Positions 27,592-36,373 of a stretch of 64,000 nucleotides of DNA are shown in pieces (within the stretch, counting starts at the first letter, position 1; each line of letters starts with the position of its first letter). The stretch lies in assembly GCA_016795035.1 (NCBI GenBank), contig JAEUIT010000010.1, positions 13,811 through 77,810 on the forward strand, written 5' to 3'. Position numbers and translations under genes: made by a program. Below the pieces are notes generated by a model. That model was given only the letters and a program-made list of their open reading frames with translations. It had not been told where the DNA came from and ran no database searches. This DNA is from Phycisphaerae bacterium. Lineage in GTDB: Bacteria; Planctomycetota; Phycisphaerae; Phycisphaerales; SM1A02.

Positions 27592-28848
27592 ATGCAACGC
27601 CGAGGATTCGTCGCGTGGACGTCCGCCGCACTCGCCGCGGGCTTCTCGCTCGAACTCCGCCAAGCCCGCGCCCTGGCGCGCGGCGTCGCCGAGGAGCCGA
27701 CGAAGGACGGCTCGATCTTCGGCGGCCCGCCGGTTCTGCAGTCGCCCGCGTCCGACGCGATCACCGTCTTCCAGGGCGTGCGCGGCCTCTCGACCGGCTG
27801 GGTCGAGTACGGCACCACCGCGTCGTTAGGCGAGCGAGCCGACACCATGCGTCACGGACTTCTCCCGCTGAACGGCTTGGTGCAGCGCGTTCGGCTCACG
27901 GGCCTGAAGCCTGACACGACCTACCACTACCGCGTCGGCGTGGCGCCGATCGATTTCCGCGGCGCCTACAAGATCACGCGAGGCCCCGACCAATTCTCGC
28001 CGGTGCATTCCTTCCGAACGCTGTCCGACGAGGGACGTCGAGCGAGTTTCCTCGTCATCAACGACACGCACGAGAATATGGAAACGCTGCGCGGCCTGAG
28101 CGCGCAGATCGCAGCGGCAAGGAGGCGCCACGCCGACGCGTCGCTCCCCTCGGGCGGACCGCTCTTCTGGAATGGCGACATCTTCGACGACGTGCGCAAC
28201 GACCAGCAGATCGCGGCGAACGTCCTCACGCCTCCCATCGCGGTCGACGCGCCCGGCGCGGAGCTCGGATATGCGTCGCAGGCGCCGATGTGTTTCGTGA
28301 GCGGCAACCACGACGTGCGCGGCATCCACGCGCGGTCGCTCGACATGTTCGTCGACACGCCCGGCGGCCTTCGCTACGCGATCATTCGTCACGGGCCGAT
28401 CGCCTTCGTCGTCCTCGACACCGGCGAGGACAAGCCGGACGCCCACGGCGTGTACGCGGGCCTCGGCGCCTTCGAGGCGTATCGCGCCCAGCAGGGGACG
28501 TGGCTCGACACGGCCCTTCGCGATCCTCGCGTGCAACGCGCCGCGTGCCGCATCGTGATCCAGCACATTCCGATGTTCGGCGGCGGAAGCTGCGAGGGCG
28601 CGCGCCAGCATTGGGCGAAGCGCCTGGCCGACGCGAAGGTGACCGCCGTCATCTCCGGCCACACGCACCACTACGCATTCTCGCCGGCAGGTCCGGAACA
28701 GCCCTTCGCGCAGCTCGTCGGCGGCGGCCCCGCGCCCGAGGCTGCAACGTTGATCGAGGGCGTGGTCGACGGGACGACGTTGACGCTGACGGTGCGCGGC
28801 CTCGACGGCGCCGTGCGCGGCGTGCACGAGGTCCCGGTGGCGGGGTGA
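27592..28848 (+). CDS. Tat-secreted metallophosphoesterase (purple acid phosphatase-like)
   Basis: Twin-arginine signal (MQRRGFVAWTSAALAAG). FnIII-like PAP N-domain (YHYRV). Metallophosphatase motifs (INDTHE, GDIFDD, VSGNHD, ISGHTHHY). Confidence 0.85.
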   Translation: MQRRGFVAWTSAALAAGFSLELRQARALARGVAEEPTKDGSIFGGPPVLQSPASDAITVFQGVRGLSTGWVEYGTTASLGERADTMRHGLLPLNGLVQRVRLTGLKPDTTYHYRVGVAPIDFRGAYKITRGPDQFSPVHSFRTLSDEGRRASFLVINDTHENMETLRGLSAQIAAARRRHADASLPSGGPLFWNGDIFDDVRNDQQIAANVLTPPIAVDAPGAELGYASQAPMCFVSGNHDVRGIHARSLDMFVDTPGGLRYAIIRHGPIAFVVLDTGEDKPDAHGVYAGLGAFEAYRAQQGTWLDTALRDPRVQRAACRIVIQHIPMFGGGSCEGARQHWAKRLADAKVTAVISGHTHHYAFSPAGPEQPFAQLVGGGPAPEAATLIEGVVDGTTLTLTVRGLDGAVRGVHEVPVAG

Positions 28849-28896
28849 GAATTGACGTCGGGCGCGCGATGCGACCGAGGCTGTCGATACGCAACG

Positions 28897-31449
28897 CTAT
28901 AGATGCCACAACGCGAGAAGGATGCCGAGGTCCGACGCGCCGACGGTGCCGTCCTCGTCGAGGTCTGCGGGGCCGCCGACCGTGCCCCACGCGCCCAAGA
29001 GGATCGCGAGGTCGGTGCCGGATACCGCACCGTCACCATCGAGATCCGCGGAGGGTCCGGGACTACCGATCGGACATCCCTCGTAGCGCGCGATGAAACT
29101 GTCGCCACTCGTCGAGGTGACGAACTCCCCGCTCACGATGAGCGAGCCGCCCGTAGTCTCGTCGCCGGCGATCGCGATCAGTGCCGTGACCGAGCCTGGT
29201 GCCTGAAGTCCCGCATCGACGGTGGACCACGTCGCGCCGTTCCACCGCGCGAGTCCGTGCACGGGAATGCCGCCCGCCGTCACGAACTCGCCGCCGACGT
29301 AGAGCGCCGGCCCGCTTCCGTCGTCAAACACCACCAGTCCGCGAACCGGGCCGTCCGTGCCGAGGCCGAGCGGCGACCACGCGGTTCCGTCCCAACGGGC
29401 GATTCGCTCGGCGGGCACGTCGCCGGCGACCGTGAACGCACCGCCTGCGTAGAGCGCCGGGCCGCTTCCATCGTCATAGACGCAAAGCGCGCTGACGACT
29501 CCGTTCGTGCCGCCGCCGAGCCCCGACCACGCGGTGCCATTCCATCGCGCGACGTTCGAGGCACCGGTCGTTCCGGCGTTCTGAAAGTACCCCCCCACGT
29601 ACAGGGCCTCTTCGCCGTCATGGGCAAGCGTCGCGAGTGCTTCCACTCGGGTTGAGGGTCCGGCGCCGATGCCCATTCCGAGCGGCGACCACGTGCCGTC
29701 ATGCCAACGAGCGATGCGACTCGCTGGCACGCCTCCCGCCGTCGAAAAGAAGCCTCCAACATAGAGACCGGACGGAAGGGGAGCGCTCTCGTGCACGTCG
29801 AGCAACGCCGTGACGGCGCTACTTGTTCCTTCTCCGAGTTGCGACCATGCAACGCCGTCCCAGCGCGCGATGTTCCTCGCGGGGCCGCCCGTCGATTCGG
29901 AGAAGAGGCCTCCGACGTAGAGTGCCGGTCCCAATGCGTCGATCGCCGCTGCGGTGGCCCATGCTTCGCCCTGTTCGCCGAGTCCAGCCCCCAAGGGCCC
30001 CCACGACGAACCGTCCCAACGGCCGATGCCTCGAACGATCGACTCGGCCGTGAGGGACGCGTCAACGTTGCCTCCGGCGTACACGGCAGGGCCGCTGCCA
30101 GAGCCGTCATCGAAATAGGCGAGCGTGTCTGCGCTGACGAGCGGCTGGCCGAGGCTCGACCAGACCTCACCGTTCCACGTGGCTATCGCGCGCGCAGGCA
30201 ACCCACCCGCGCTCAGGAACCATCCGCAGAGCCATAGGTCCGACTCCGCCGCCCCTTCGACGGCGACGGCGACGGCGACGCCGCCGAAGACGTCGCCGTC
30301 CACGCCACCACCGAGCGCGGACCACGTCGAGCCATCCCATCGGGCGACGCACGACGCAGGCACTCCGCCGATACTCGCGAAGCCTCCTGCGGCAAAGAGC
30401 GCGGGGCCGTTTCCGTCGTCCATCGCGACGATCTGTCGGATGCTCCCCTCGACGTCGACGCCTCCGCCAACTCCGGACCATGACGCACCGTCCCACACCG
30501 CGATGCTTCGGCACGGCGTGCTCGCCGAGAGCTCAAACGCGCCGCCGGCGTACAGTCGCGGACCGTCGCCGCTATCGACGACGACGAGCGTGTACAGGTA
30601 TGCCGGCGACCCATCGCTTCGCTGGAAGCCCTCCCCGACCGGCAGCCACTCCGTTCCGGTCCAACGTGCGATGCCGTCGTACACGGTGCCGTTCCACGTC
30701 GTGAAACTTCCGCCGGCATAGAGCGACGGGCCCGTGCCATCGTCATGGACTACGAGCGAGAACACCTCGGTCGTCAATCCGATCGAGGTCCACGTTGCAC
30801 CGTCCCAGCGCCACACGCCGTTTCCGCCGGCGTAGAGCGTCGGTCCGTCGCCGTCGTCGAACATGGCGAGCGAGTTCACGTCGGTGCCGGGTCCCTCGCC
30901 GAGCGCGGACCACGACACGCCGTTCCACACGGCGACGCGATGTGCCGGTACGCCGCCGGCCTCCGTGAAGTCGCCACCCACGATGAGCGTGGGGCCGACA
31001 CCGGGACCTCCATCGACGTTGAGGAATGCGCGCACGATCGCGTTCGTTCCTCCGGCGACGTCTTCCCACGTCGAGCCATTCCAGCGCGCGATGTTCGTCG
31101 CGGGTGTGCCGCCCGCGAACGGGAAGCTGCCGCCAACGTAGACCTGCGGACCGTCGCCGAGTCCGGCGTCGTACGTCGTGAGGTGGTAGGGATTGGCCAA
31201 GAACCCGCCGAACGCGCCGAAGGTCGGGGCCCACGTCGGTTCGCAGGCGCCGAGCAAGGCCGCCTGTGGCGAGGGACTCTCGTGCGACGGGCGCACCGAC
31301 GAGGCGCTCGCGAGGTCAACGCCGTCGCGAGCCTGCGCTCGTGCGATCGACGCAACGTGGAGTGCGACCACTCCCGCGAGGATGGCGATGTACGCCAATG
31401 GAAGACGAAAGACGGCGAGATGCGTGTGCCGCGTGATGGTGTCGCGCAT
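28897..31449 (-). CDS. large secreted repeat protein (about 13 x 55-60 aa '[IV]ARW[DN]G..W..LG.G' repeats) with C-terminal dockerin-like EF-hand pair
   Basis: ATG 31449 (MRDTITRHTHLAVFRLPLAYIAILAGVVAL...). Periodic motif IARWNGSTWEDVAGG / VARWDGSTWSALGGG and variants. Tail DLDGDGAVSGTDLAILLGAWG...DLDEDGTVGASDLGILLALW. Confidence 0.85.
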   Translation of the reverse strand: MRDTITRHTHLAVFRLPLAYIAILAGVVALHVASIARAQARDGVDLASASSVRPSHESPSPQAALLGACEPTWAPTFGAFGGFLANPYHLTTYDAGLGDGPQVYVGGSFPFAGGTPATNIARWNGSTWEDVAGGTNAIVRAFLNVDGGPGVGPTLIVGGDFTEAGGVPAHRVAVWNGVSWSALGEGPGTDVNSLAMFDDGDGPTLYAGGNGVWRWDGATWTSIGLTTEVFSLVVHDDGTGPSLYAGGSFTTWNGTVYDGIARWTGTEWLPVGEGFQRSDGSPAYLYTLVVVDSGDGPRLYAGGAFELSASTPCRSIAVWDGASWSGVGGGVDVEGSIRQIVAMDDGNGPALFAAGGFASIGGVPASCVARWDGSTWSALGGGVDGDVFGGVAVAVAVEGAAESDLWLCGWFLSAGGLPARAIATWNGEVWSSLGQPLVSADTLAYFDDGSGSGPAVYAGGNVDASLTAESIVRGIGRWDGSSWGPLGAGLGEQGEAWATAAAIDALGPALYVGGLFSESTGGPARNIARWDGVAWSQLGEGTSSAVTALLDVHESAPLPSGLYVGGFFSTAGGVPASRIARWHDGTWSPLGMGIGAGPSTRVEALATLAHDGEEALYVGGYFQNAGTTGASNVARWNGTAWSGLGGGTNGVVSALCVYDDGSGPALYAGGAFTVAGDVPAERIARWDGTAWSPLGLGTDGPVRGLVVFDDGSGPALYVGGEFVTAGGIPVHGLARWNGATWSTVDAGLQAPGSVTALIAIAGDETTGGSLIVSGEFVTSTSGDSFIARYEGCPIGSPGPSADLDGDGAVSGTDLAILLGAWGTVGGPADLDEDGTVGASDLGILLALWHL

Positions 31450-31761
31450 GGAAACCCTCCGGCGCGAGGGTACGGCCGGCCGACGGGATAGTTGATGACA
31501 TCCGAGGGATTGCTTCACATTCGCGTGAAGCCCGACGATGCCTCCGTGATGAATGCGGAAATTTCCTCGACGAGTCGCGCCCAATGCGAGCACGGACTCG
31601 CGAGGCTTCGGCACCTGCAACGGCGAATCGCACGCGGCTGCAACGCGGAGGCTAGGGCTCGCATTCGTCCGCGCGGCGCCGACCCCGCGTTCTCTCTCCC
31701 CCTCAGCAGCCTCTTCTTCCTCACCGGAAACACGCGCGCACAACGCCACGCCGCGCAGAAG

Positions 31762-31797
31762 AAAAGCCGCGCACCGAATTCTCGATGCGCGGCTTTC
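31762..31797 (-). terminator. intrinsic terminator downstream of hppD
   Basis: On the minus strand the RNA reads GCCGCGCA-12 nt-UGCGCGGC followed by UUUUCUUCU, about 30 nt after the hppD stop (31828). An A-run on the other side makes it potentially bidirectional. Confidence 0.6.
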
Positions 31798-31827
31798 AGC
31801 GTTCTCACATTGCTCAGACGCTCGGCG

Positions 31828-33042
31828 TCAGAGATTGCCGCGGCGGCCCTGCTCGTCTTCCAAGGCCTCGAAGAGCGCCTTGAAGTTGCCCTTGCCGAAA
31901 CTCTGCGAGCCGCGGCGGCAGATGATCTCGAAGAAGAGCGTCGGGCGATCCTGCAACGGCTTCGTGAAGAGTTGGAGGAGGTATCCCTCGTCGTCGGCGT
32001 CGACCAGGATGCCGAGGTCGCGCACGCGCTGATGGTCTTCCTTCACGAGCTCGTGGCCGTGCTGCTTGAGCATCGCGTCGACGCGCTGCCACACCGTCTC
32101 GTAGTACGTCTCCGGGATCTGGAGGAAGTCGACGCCGCGGCGCCGCAGTTCGGCGACCGAGTGCAGTTCGTCGTCGGTGCGTAGCGCCAGGTGTTGCACG
32201 CCCGGCGTGTTGTCGTGCCAGTCGAGGTACTCCTGCACCTGGCTCTTCTTCTTGCCTTCGGCCGGCTCATTGATCGGCATCTTGATGAGGTGGTTGCCGC
32301 TCGCCATGACCTTCGACATGAGCGCCGAGTATTCGGTCGAGATGTCCTTCTCGTCGAAGTGCTTGAACATCGAGAAGCCGAGCACGTTCTCGTACCAGGC
32401 GACCCAGTGGTTCATCTTCCCGAGCTCCACGTTGCCGACGCAGTGGTCGAAGAACTTCAGGCCGCACGGGTGCTTCTTGTTGAAGTCGTTGAGCGCGAAG
32501 TTCGGGAACTTCTTGAAGCCCGGCATGAAGAGCCCGCCGTTCTTCACGGTCGGCAGGGCGTACTCGCCGGTGCGGCTCACGAAGGTGTGGACCACGCGGC
32601 CGTAGGTCTTGATGCCTGCCACGGTGACCGCGCCGCGGTCGTCCTTGATCACGCGCGGCTCGTACGCCTTCTCGCCGCCATTCTTGATCGCGGCCTCGTA
32701 GGTCTTTTCGGCGTCGAAGACGGTGAGGGCGATGTCCTTGATGCCGTCGCCGTACTTCCGGATCTCCTCGCTCGCGGGATGATCCTTCGTGAGCGGCGTC
32801 TCGAGGAGGAGGCGGATGTTGCCTTGCGTGAGGAGGTACTGGGCGCTCGTCCGGTTGCCGGTCGTGAGGTCAGAGATCTCCTCGACCTGGAAGCCGAACG
32901 CCGAGGCGTAGAAGAAGGCGGCCTGCTTCGCGTTGCCCACGTAGAAGCGCACGTGGTCGACGTCGATCAGGGCAAGGGGATCGGTCGCGGACGAGGAACG
33001 GGCAGAAGTGCCGGGGCTGATCGTCGAGTTGGGGGTAGTCAT
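31828..33042 (-). CDS. hppD: 4-hydroxyphenylpyruvate dioxygenase
   Basis: Two VOC barrels. C-terminal signature ...QLFTKPLQDRPTLFFEIICRRGSQSFGKGNFKALFEALEDEQ. Confidence 0.92.
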   Translation of the reverse strand: MTTPNSTISPGTSARSSSATDPLALIDVDHVRFYVGNAKQAAFFYASAFGFQVEEISDLTTGNRTSAQYLLTQGNIRLLLETPLTKDHPASEEIRKYGDGIKDIALTVFDAEKTYEAAIKNGGEKAYEPRVIKDDRGAVTVAGIKTYGRVVHTFVSRTGEYALPTVKNGGLFMPGFKKFPNFALNDFNKKHPCGLKFFDHCVGNVELGKMNHWVAWYENVLGFSMFKHFDEKDISTEYSALMSKVMASGNHLIKMPINEPAEGKKKSQVQEYLDWHDNTPGVQHLALRTDDELHSVAELRRRGVDFLQIPETYYETVWQRVDAMLKQHGHELVKEDHQRVRDLGILVDADDEGYLLQLFTKPLQDRPTLFFEIICRRGSQSFGKGNFKALFEALEDEQGRRGNL

Positions 33043-33205
33043 GGGACGTGGCCGTGAGAGACGTGCGGAGGAATGCGATCGCTGCGGAGTCGACGCGGAC
33101 GGAGACGCCGCAGGACGCGGACGACCATCCTAACGGCTCGATCGGGTCGGTTCCCGGGCGACCGCGGGCGCGGGCCGCAGTCGCCAAGATCGTGGTCGCA
33201 GGGCG

Positions 33206-33745
33206 TCAATACGCGAGGGCCGAGTGCAACGGCGTGGGCTCGAGGCGGCGACGCCCGCCGAGCGAGGTCAACTCGATGAGGACGGTCGCCCCGACGACGT
33301 CGGCGTTCGAACGCTTGAGGAGGTCGAGCGCGGCCTTCATCGTGCCGCCGGTTGCGAGAAGGTCGTCGACCATCAGGACGCGCTGGCCGGGCTGCACCGC
33401 ATCCGCGTGCATCTCGAGGGTGTCGGTGCCGTACTCGAGGGCGTACGTCTCGCGGATCGTCTTCGACGGCAGCTTGCCGGGCTTGCGAATCGGCACGAAG
33501 CCCGCGCCGAGCGCCTGCGCGATCGCGGTGCCGAAGATGAAGCCGCGACTCTCCGCGCCGCAGACGAGATCGACCTTCGCCTTGCGGAAGGGATTCGCCA
33601 TCAGCTCGACGGCCAAGCACAGTCCGGCCGGGTCGGAGAGAAGTGGAGTGATGTCCTTAAACACGATCCCCGGCTTCGGAAAGTCGGGCACGTCGCGGAT
33701 GAGCGCTTCGAGTTGCCGGATGAGCCCCGGCATGGTGGCGGGCAT
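33206..33745 (-). CDS. apt: adenine phosphoribosyltransferase
   Basis: DFPKPGIVFKDITPLL, ESRGFIFG and VLMVDDLLATGGT (PRPP loop). Confidence 0.93.
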   Translation of the reverse strand: MPATMPGLIRQLEALIRDVPDFPKPGIVFKDITPLLSDPAGLCLAVELMANPFRKAKVDLVCGAESRGFIFGTAIAQALGAGFVPIRKPGKLPSKTIRETYALEYGTDTLEMHADAVQPGQRVLMVDDLLATGGTMKAALDLLKRSNADVVGATVLIELTSLGGRRRLEPTPLHSALAY

Positions 33746-33760
33746 AGGCTGCGGAGAATA

Positions 33761-33977
33761 GCGGCCTTCGGCCGCGAGATTCAGGATTGAGGATTCAGGA
33801 TTCAGGAGTCAGGGTGAAAGCACGCGCGGCCGTTGGCCGCGAGGATTCAGGATTCAGGATTCAGGAGTCAGGGTCAAGGCATGCAGAGCGCAGTGCCGAG
33901 AAGCATCTCCCACTGACTCCTGACTCCTAACTCCTAACTCCTGACTCCTGTCTCCTGACTCCTGACTCCTGACTCCC
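33761..33977. repeat. Heptamer-tract palindromic element, copy 1: two GCGGCC-TTCG-GCCGC hairpin + (GATTCAG)n GAGTCAGGGTGAA modules, then an inverted (CTGACTC/CTAACTC)9 tract
   Basis: Read directly between the divergent apt and groES starts. Related elements occur at 41945-42094 and 54714-54875. Confidence 0.85.
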
Positions 33978-34029
33978 CACTTCGGGCTCCCAACCCGTCC
34001 TCCTCGATCCTGTATCCTTGCTCCTCCTC

Positions 34030-34353
34030 ATGGCCGACACCAAAAAGGACAGCCTCGGCAAGAACCTTGAGATCGTCGAACCGATCGGCAAGCGCGTGCT
34101 GATCCGGAAGGACGAAGACAAGAAAGTCACGAAGGGGGGCGTGCATCTCCCCGACAAGATCGAGATCCCGACGCTCACCGGGCGCGTGGTCACCGTGAGC
34201 GCGGAGATCGCCCGCAACGAGGACTACCCGATCGCGCAGTACGACCGGGTCCTCTTCAATCCGAAGCACGCGATTCCGGTCGACTTCGAAGGGGACAATC
34301 GCCTCTTCGTCGTGCCGATCGAGGACATCGTCGCGGTCTTCCGGAAGGCCTGA
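34030..34353 (+). CDS. groES: co-chaperonin GroES (Cpn10)-like, without adjacent groEL
   Basis: ATG 34030. The pattern I.P.GKRVLI..DE....TKGGV.LP.......G.VV.V......YD.V.F...DI.AV aligns with Cpn10. The next gene is aroA. Confidence 0.75.
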   Translation: MADTKKDSLGKNLEIVEPIGKRVLIRKDEDKKVTKGGVHLPDKIEIPTLTGRVVTVSAEIARNEDYPIAQYDRVLFNPKHAIPVDFEGDNRLFVVPIEDIVAVFRKA

Positions 34354-34366
34354 GCGCGGCGCGCGC

Positions 34367-35731
34367 ATGGACGAGCGACCCGCCGATCCGCTGCCGATAG
34401 GGGCGTTCGCCGCCGACGCGGCGCCCTGCGACGTGCGCATCCGCGTGCCCGGCTCGAAGAGCCTCTCGAATCGCTTCCTGATCTTGGCCGCGCTCGCCCG
34501 CGGACGCTCCCGGCTTCGCGGGCTCCTTCGTTCCGACGACACCGACCGCCTCGCGACGGCGCTCGCGACCCTCGGCGTGTTCGTGACCTACGAGTGCGAC
34601 GACTCCGGCGACGAAACGACCGCGCTCGTCGAAGGCGCCGGCGGACGGTTGCCGCGCGGCGGCGCGGTGCACCTCGGCGACGGCGGCACGCCCACGCGCT
34701 TTCTCCTCGCGCTCGCGACGCTCGCCGCGGGCGACGTGACGGTCGACGGCAGCGCCCGCATGCGCGAGCGCCCGGTCGACGAGGGGATCGAGCTTCTGCG
34801 CCGACTTGGCGCCGACATCGACGCGACCGACGTCGGCACTCCGGGGACCGTCGTGGTGGAGCGCCTGCCGGTGACCGTGCGCAACGCGACCGGTCGCTCG
34901 CGCATCCAGGGCGGGCGCCTCGAGGTCGGCGAGGTGGCGTCGAGCCAGTTTCTCTCGGCGCTTCTTCTCGTGGCGCCGGCGCTCCCGCGGGGCGTCGAAC
35001 TCGCGTACCTGTCGCCGCCGACGAGCGCCTCGTACATCGACCTGACGGTGCAGGCGCTGCGCGCGGTCGGCGTTCGGACCGACGTGACGAACGGCGACGA
35101 CGGTCGCCTCCTCGGCCATCGCGTGGAGCCGCAGGCGATCGAGGCCTTCGACCGCTCGATCGAGGCCGACGCGAGTAGCGCCGCGTACCCCGCGCTTCTC
35201 GCGGCGCTTGTCCCGGGCGCGCGGGTCACGCTGGTCGGGCTCTCGCGATCGAGCGCGCAGCCGGACATTCGGTTTCTGGCGGCGCTCGAAGCGATGGGGG
35301 CGCGCGTCGAAGGGGCGAACGACGAGATCGTCGTGACGGGGCCGCCCGCGCTCCGGGCCGGCGACCACGACTGCGCGATGTTCCCCGACGCCGCGATGGC
35401 GCTTGCGATCGCGTGCTCGCGCGCGCAGGGCACGAGCCGCCTCACCGGACTCAAGACGCTCCGCGTGAAGGAGACCGACCGCATCGCGGCGCTCGCGACC
35501 GAGTTGACGCGCGTCGGCTGCAACGTCGAGGCCGGGCCTGAGTCGCTCGCGATCACGCCACCGCCCGCGCCGCGCGTCGATCCGGTGTCGATCGCGACCT
35601 ATCGCGACCATCGCATGGCGATGAGTTTCGCCGTGCTCGGCCGCGTGCGGCCCAACCTCTCGATCGAGGATCCGGGGTGCGTCGCGAAGAGTTGGCCGGG
35701 ATTCTGGCGCGCGTTCGCGGCGCTTCGCTGA
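34367..35731 (+). CDS. aroA: 3-phosphoshikimate 1-carboxyvinyltransferase (EPSP synthase)
   Basis: VPGSKSLSNRFLILAAL, LGDGGTPTRFL, MRERP, SSQFLSALLL, DHRMAMSFAVLG. Confidence 0.93.
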   Translation: MDERPADPLPIGAFAADAAPCDVRIRVPGSKSLSNRFLILAALARGRSRLRGLLRSDDTDRLATALATLGVFVTYECDDSGDETTALVEGAGGRLPRGGAVHLGDGGTPTRFLLALATLAAGDVTVDGSARMRERPVDEGIELLRRLGADIDATDVGTPGTVVVERLPVTVRNATGRSRIQGGRLEVGEVASSQFLSALLLVAPALPRGVELAYLSPPTSASYIDLTVQALRAVGVRTDVTNGDDGRLLGHRVEPQAIEAFDRSIEADASSAAYPALLAALVPGARVTLVGLSRSSAQPDIRFLAALEAMGARVEGANDEIVVTGPPALRAGDHDCAMFPDAAMALAIACSRAQGTSRLTGLKTLRVKETDRIAALATELTRVGCNVEAGPESLAITPPPAPRVDPVSIATYRDHRMAMSFAVLGRVRPNLSIEDPGCVAKSWPGFWRAFAALR

Positions 35732-35739
35732 ACGATCTT

Positions 35740-36366
35740 TTACGCGCGGGCCGCGATCGCGGCGTCGACCGCGTGCGCGTCGGCGTCGATCGCGGCGAGG
35801 CGGTCCGCGAGCGCCTTCGCGAGGCGCTCCTGTTCGGCGGCGCCCGACACCGACGGGAGGTTCACCCGCACGTTCCACGCGGCGGCGCGGGCCGCGGCGC
35901 GGGCAAGGTCCGCGGCGATCGCGAGGTCGCTGTCGAGGTGCTTCGCGCTGGCGCCGGCGACCGCGCGGCAGCGGCCGGCGGTCTCGGCGGCGAGGGCGAT
36001 GATGAGATGCGGCGCGGCGATCGCGCGATGCACGGCGTCGGCCCATCCGGCCTGGCGCTCGGGATCGTCCTTCGGCTTCTTCCAGAGCGCGTTGAGCTCG
36101 GAGTAGGCGTCGGCGTCGGCCTTCGCCGCGGCAAGGCTTGCCTCGACGGTTACGCGGAGCGCGCCCAAGAGCGCGTCGGCGTCCGACTCGAAGCGTGCGA
36201 ACGACGCCTTGCCGCGCGAGTACTCGATGACCATCGCAAGGAGCGCCGCGGCATGCGCGCTCGTCACGCCCGCGACCGCGCCGCCGCCCGGCGCCGGCGC
36301 CTTCGCCGCGAGCGATTCGCAGAAGGCGCGGATGGTCATCCCGGCGAAGTCGTGCGGATGGAGCAT
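35740..36366 (-). CDS. cyclodeaminase/cyclohydrolase (FTCD C-terminal-like) family protein
   Basis: FCESLAAKAPAPGGGAVAGVTSAHAAALLAMVIEYSRGK is typical of the formiminotetrahydrofolate cyclodeaminase / methenyl-THF cyclohydrolase family. Alternative start at 36339. Confidence 0.8.
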   Translation of the reverse strand: MLHPHDFAGMTIRAFCESLAAKAPAPGGGAVAGVTSAHAAALLAMVIEYSRGKASFARFESDADALLGALRVTVEASLAAAKADADAYSELNALWKKPKDDPERQAGWADAVHRAIAAPHLIIALAAETAGRCRAVAGASAKHLDSDLAIAADLARAAARAAAWNVRVNLPSVSGAAEQERLAKALADRLAAIDADAHAVDAAIAARA

Positions 36367-36373
36367 GGAGGCC

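Noticed and set aside
31492-32184. ORFs 31492..32184 (+), 31515..31808 (-) and 31553..32032 (+) between the repeat-protein gene and hppD
   Set aside because: They overlap hppD in antisense or lie in the intergenic or terminator region. Composition is not protein-like.
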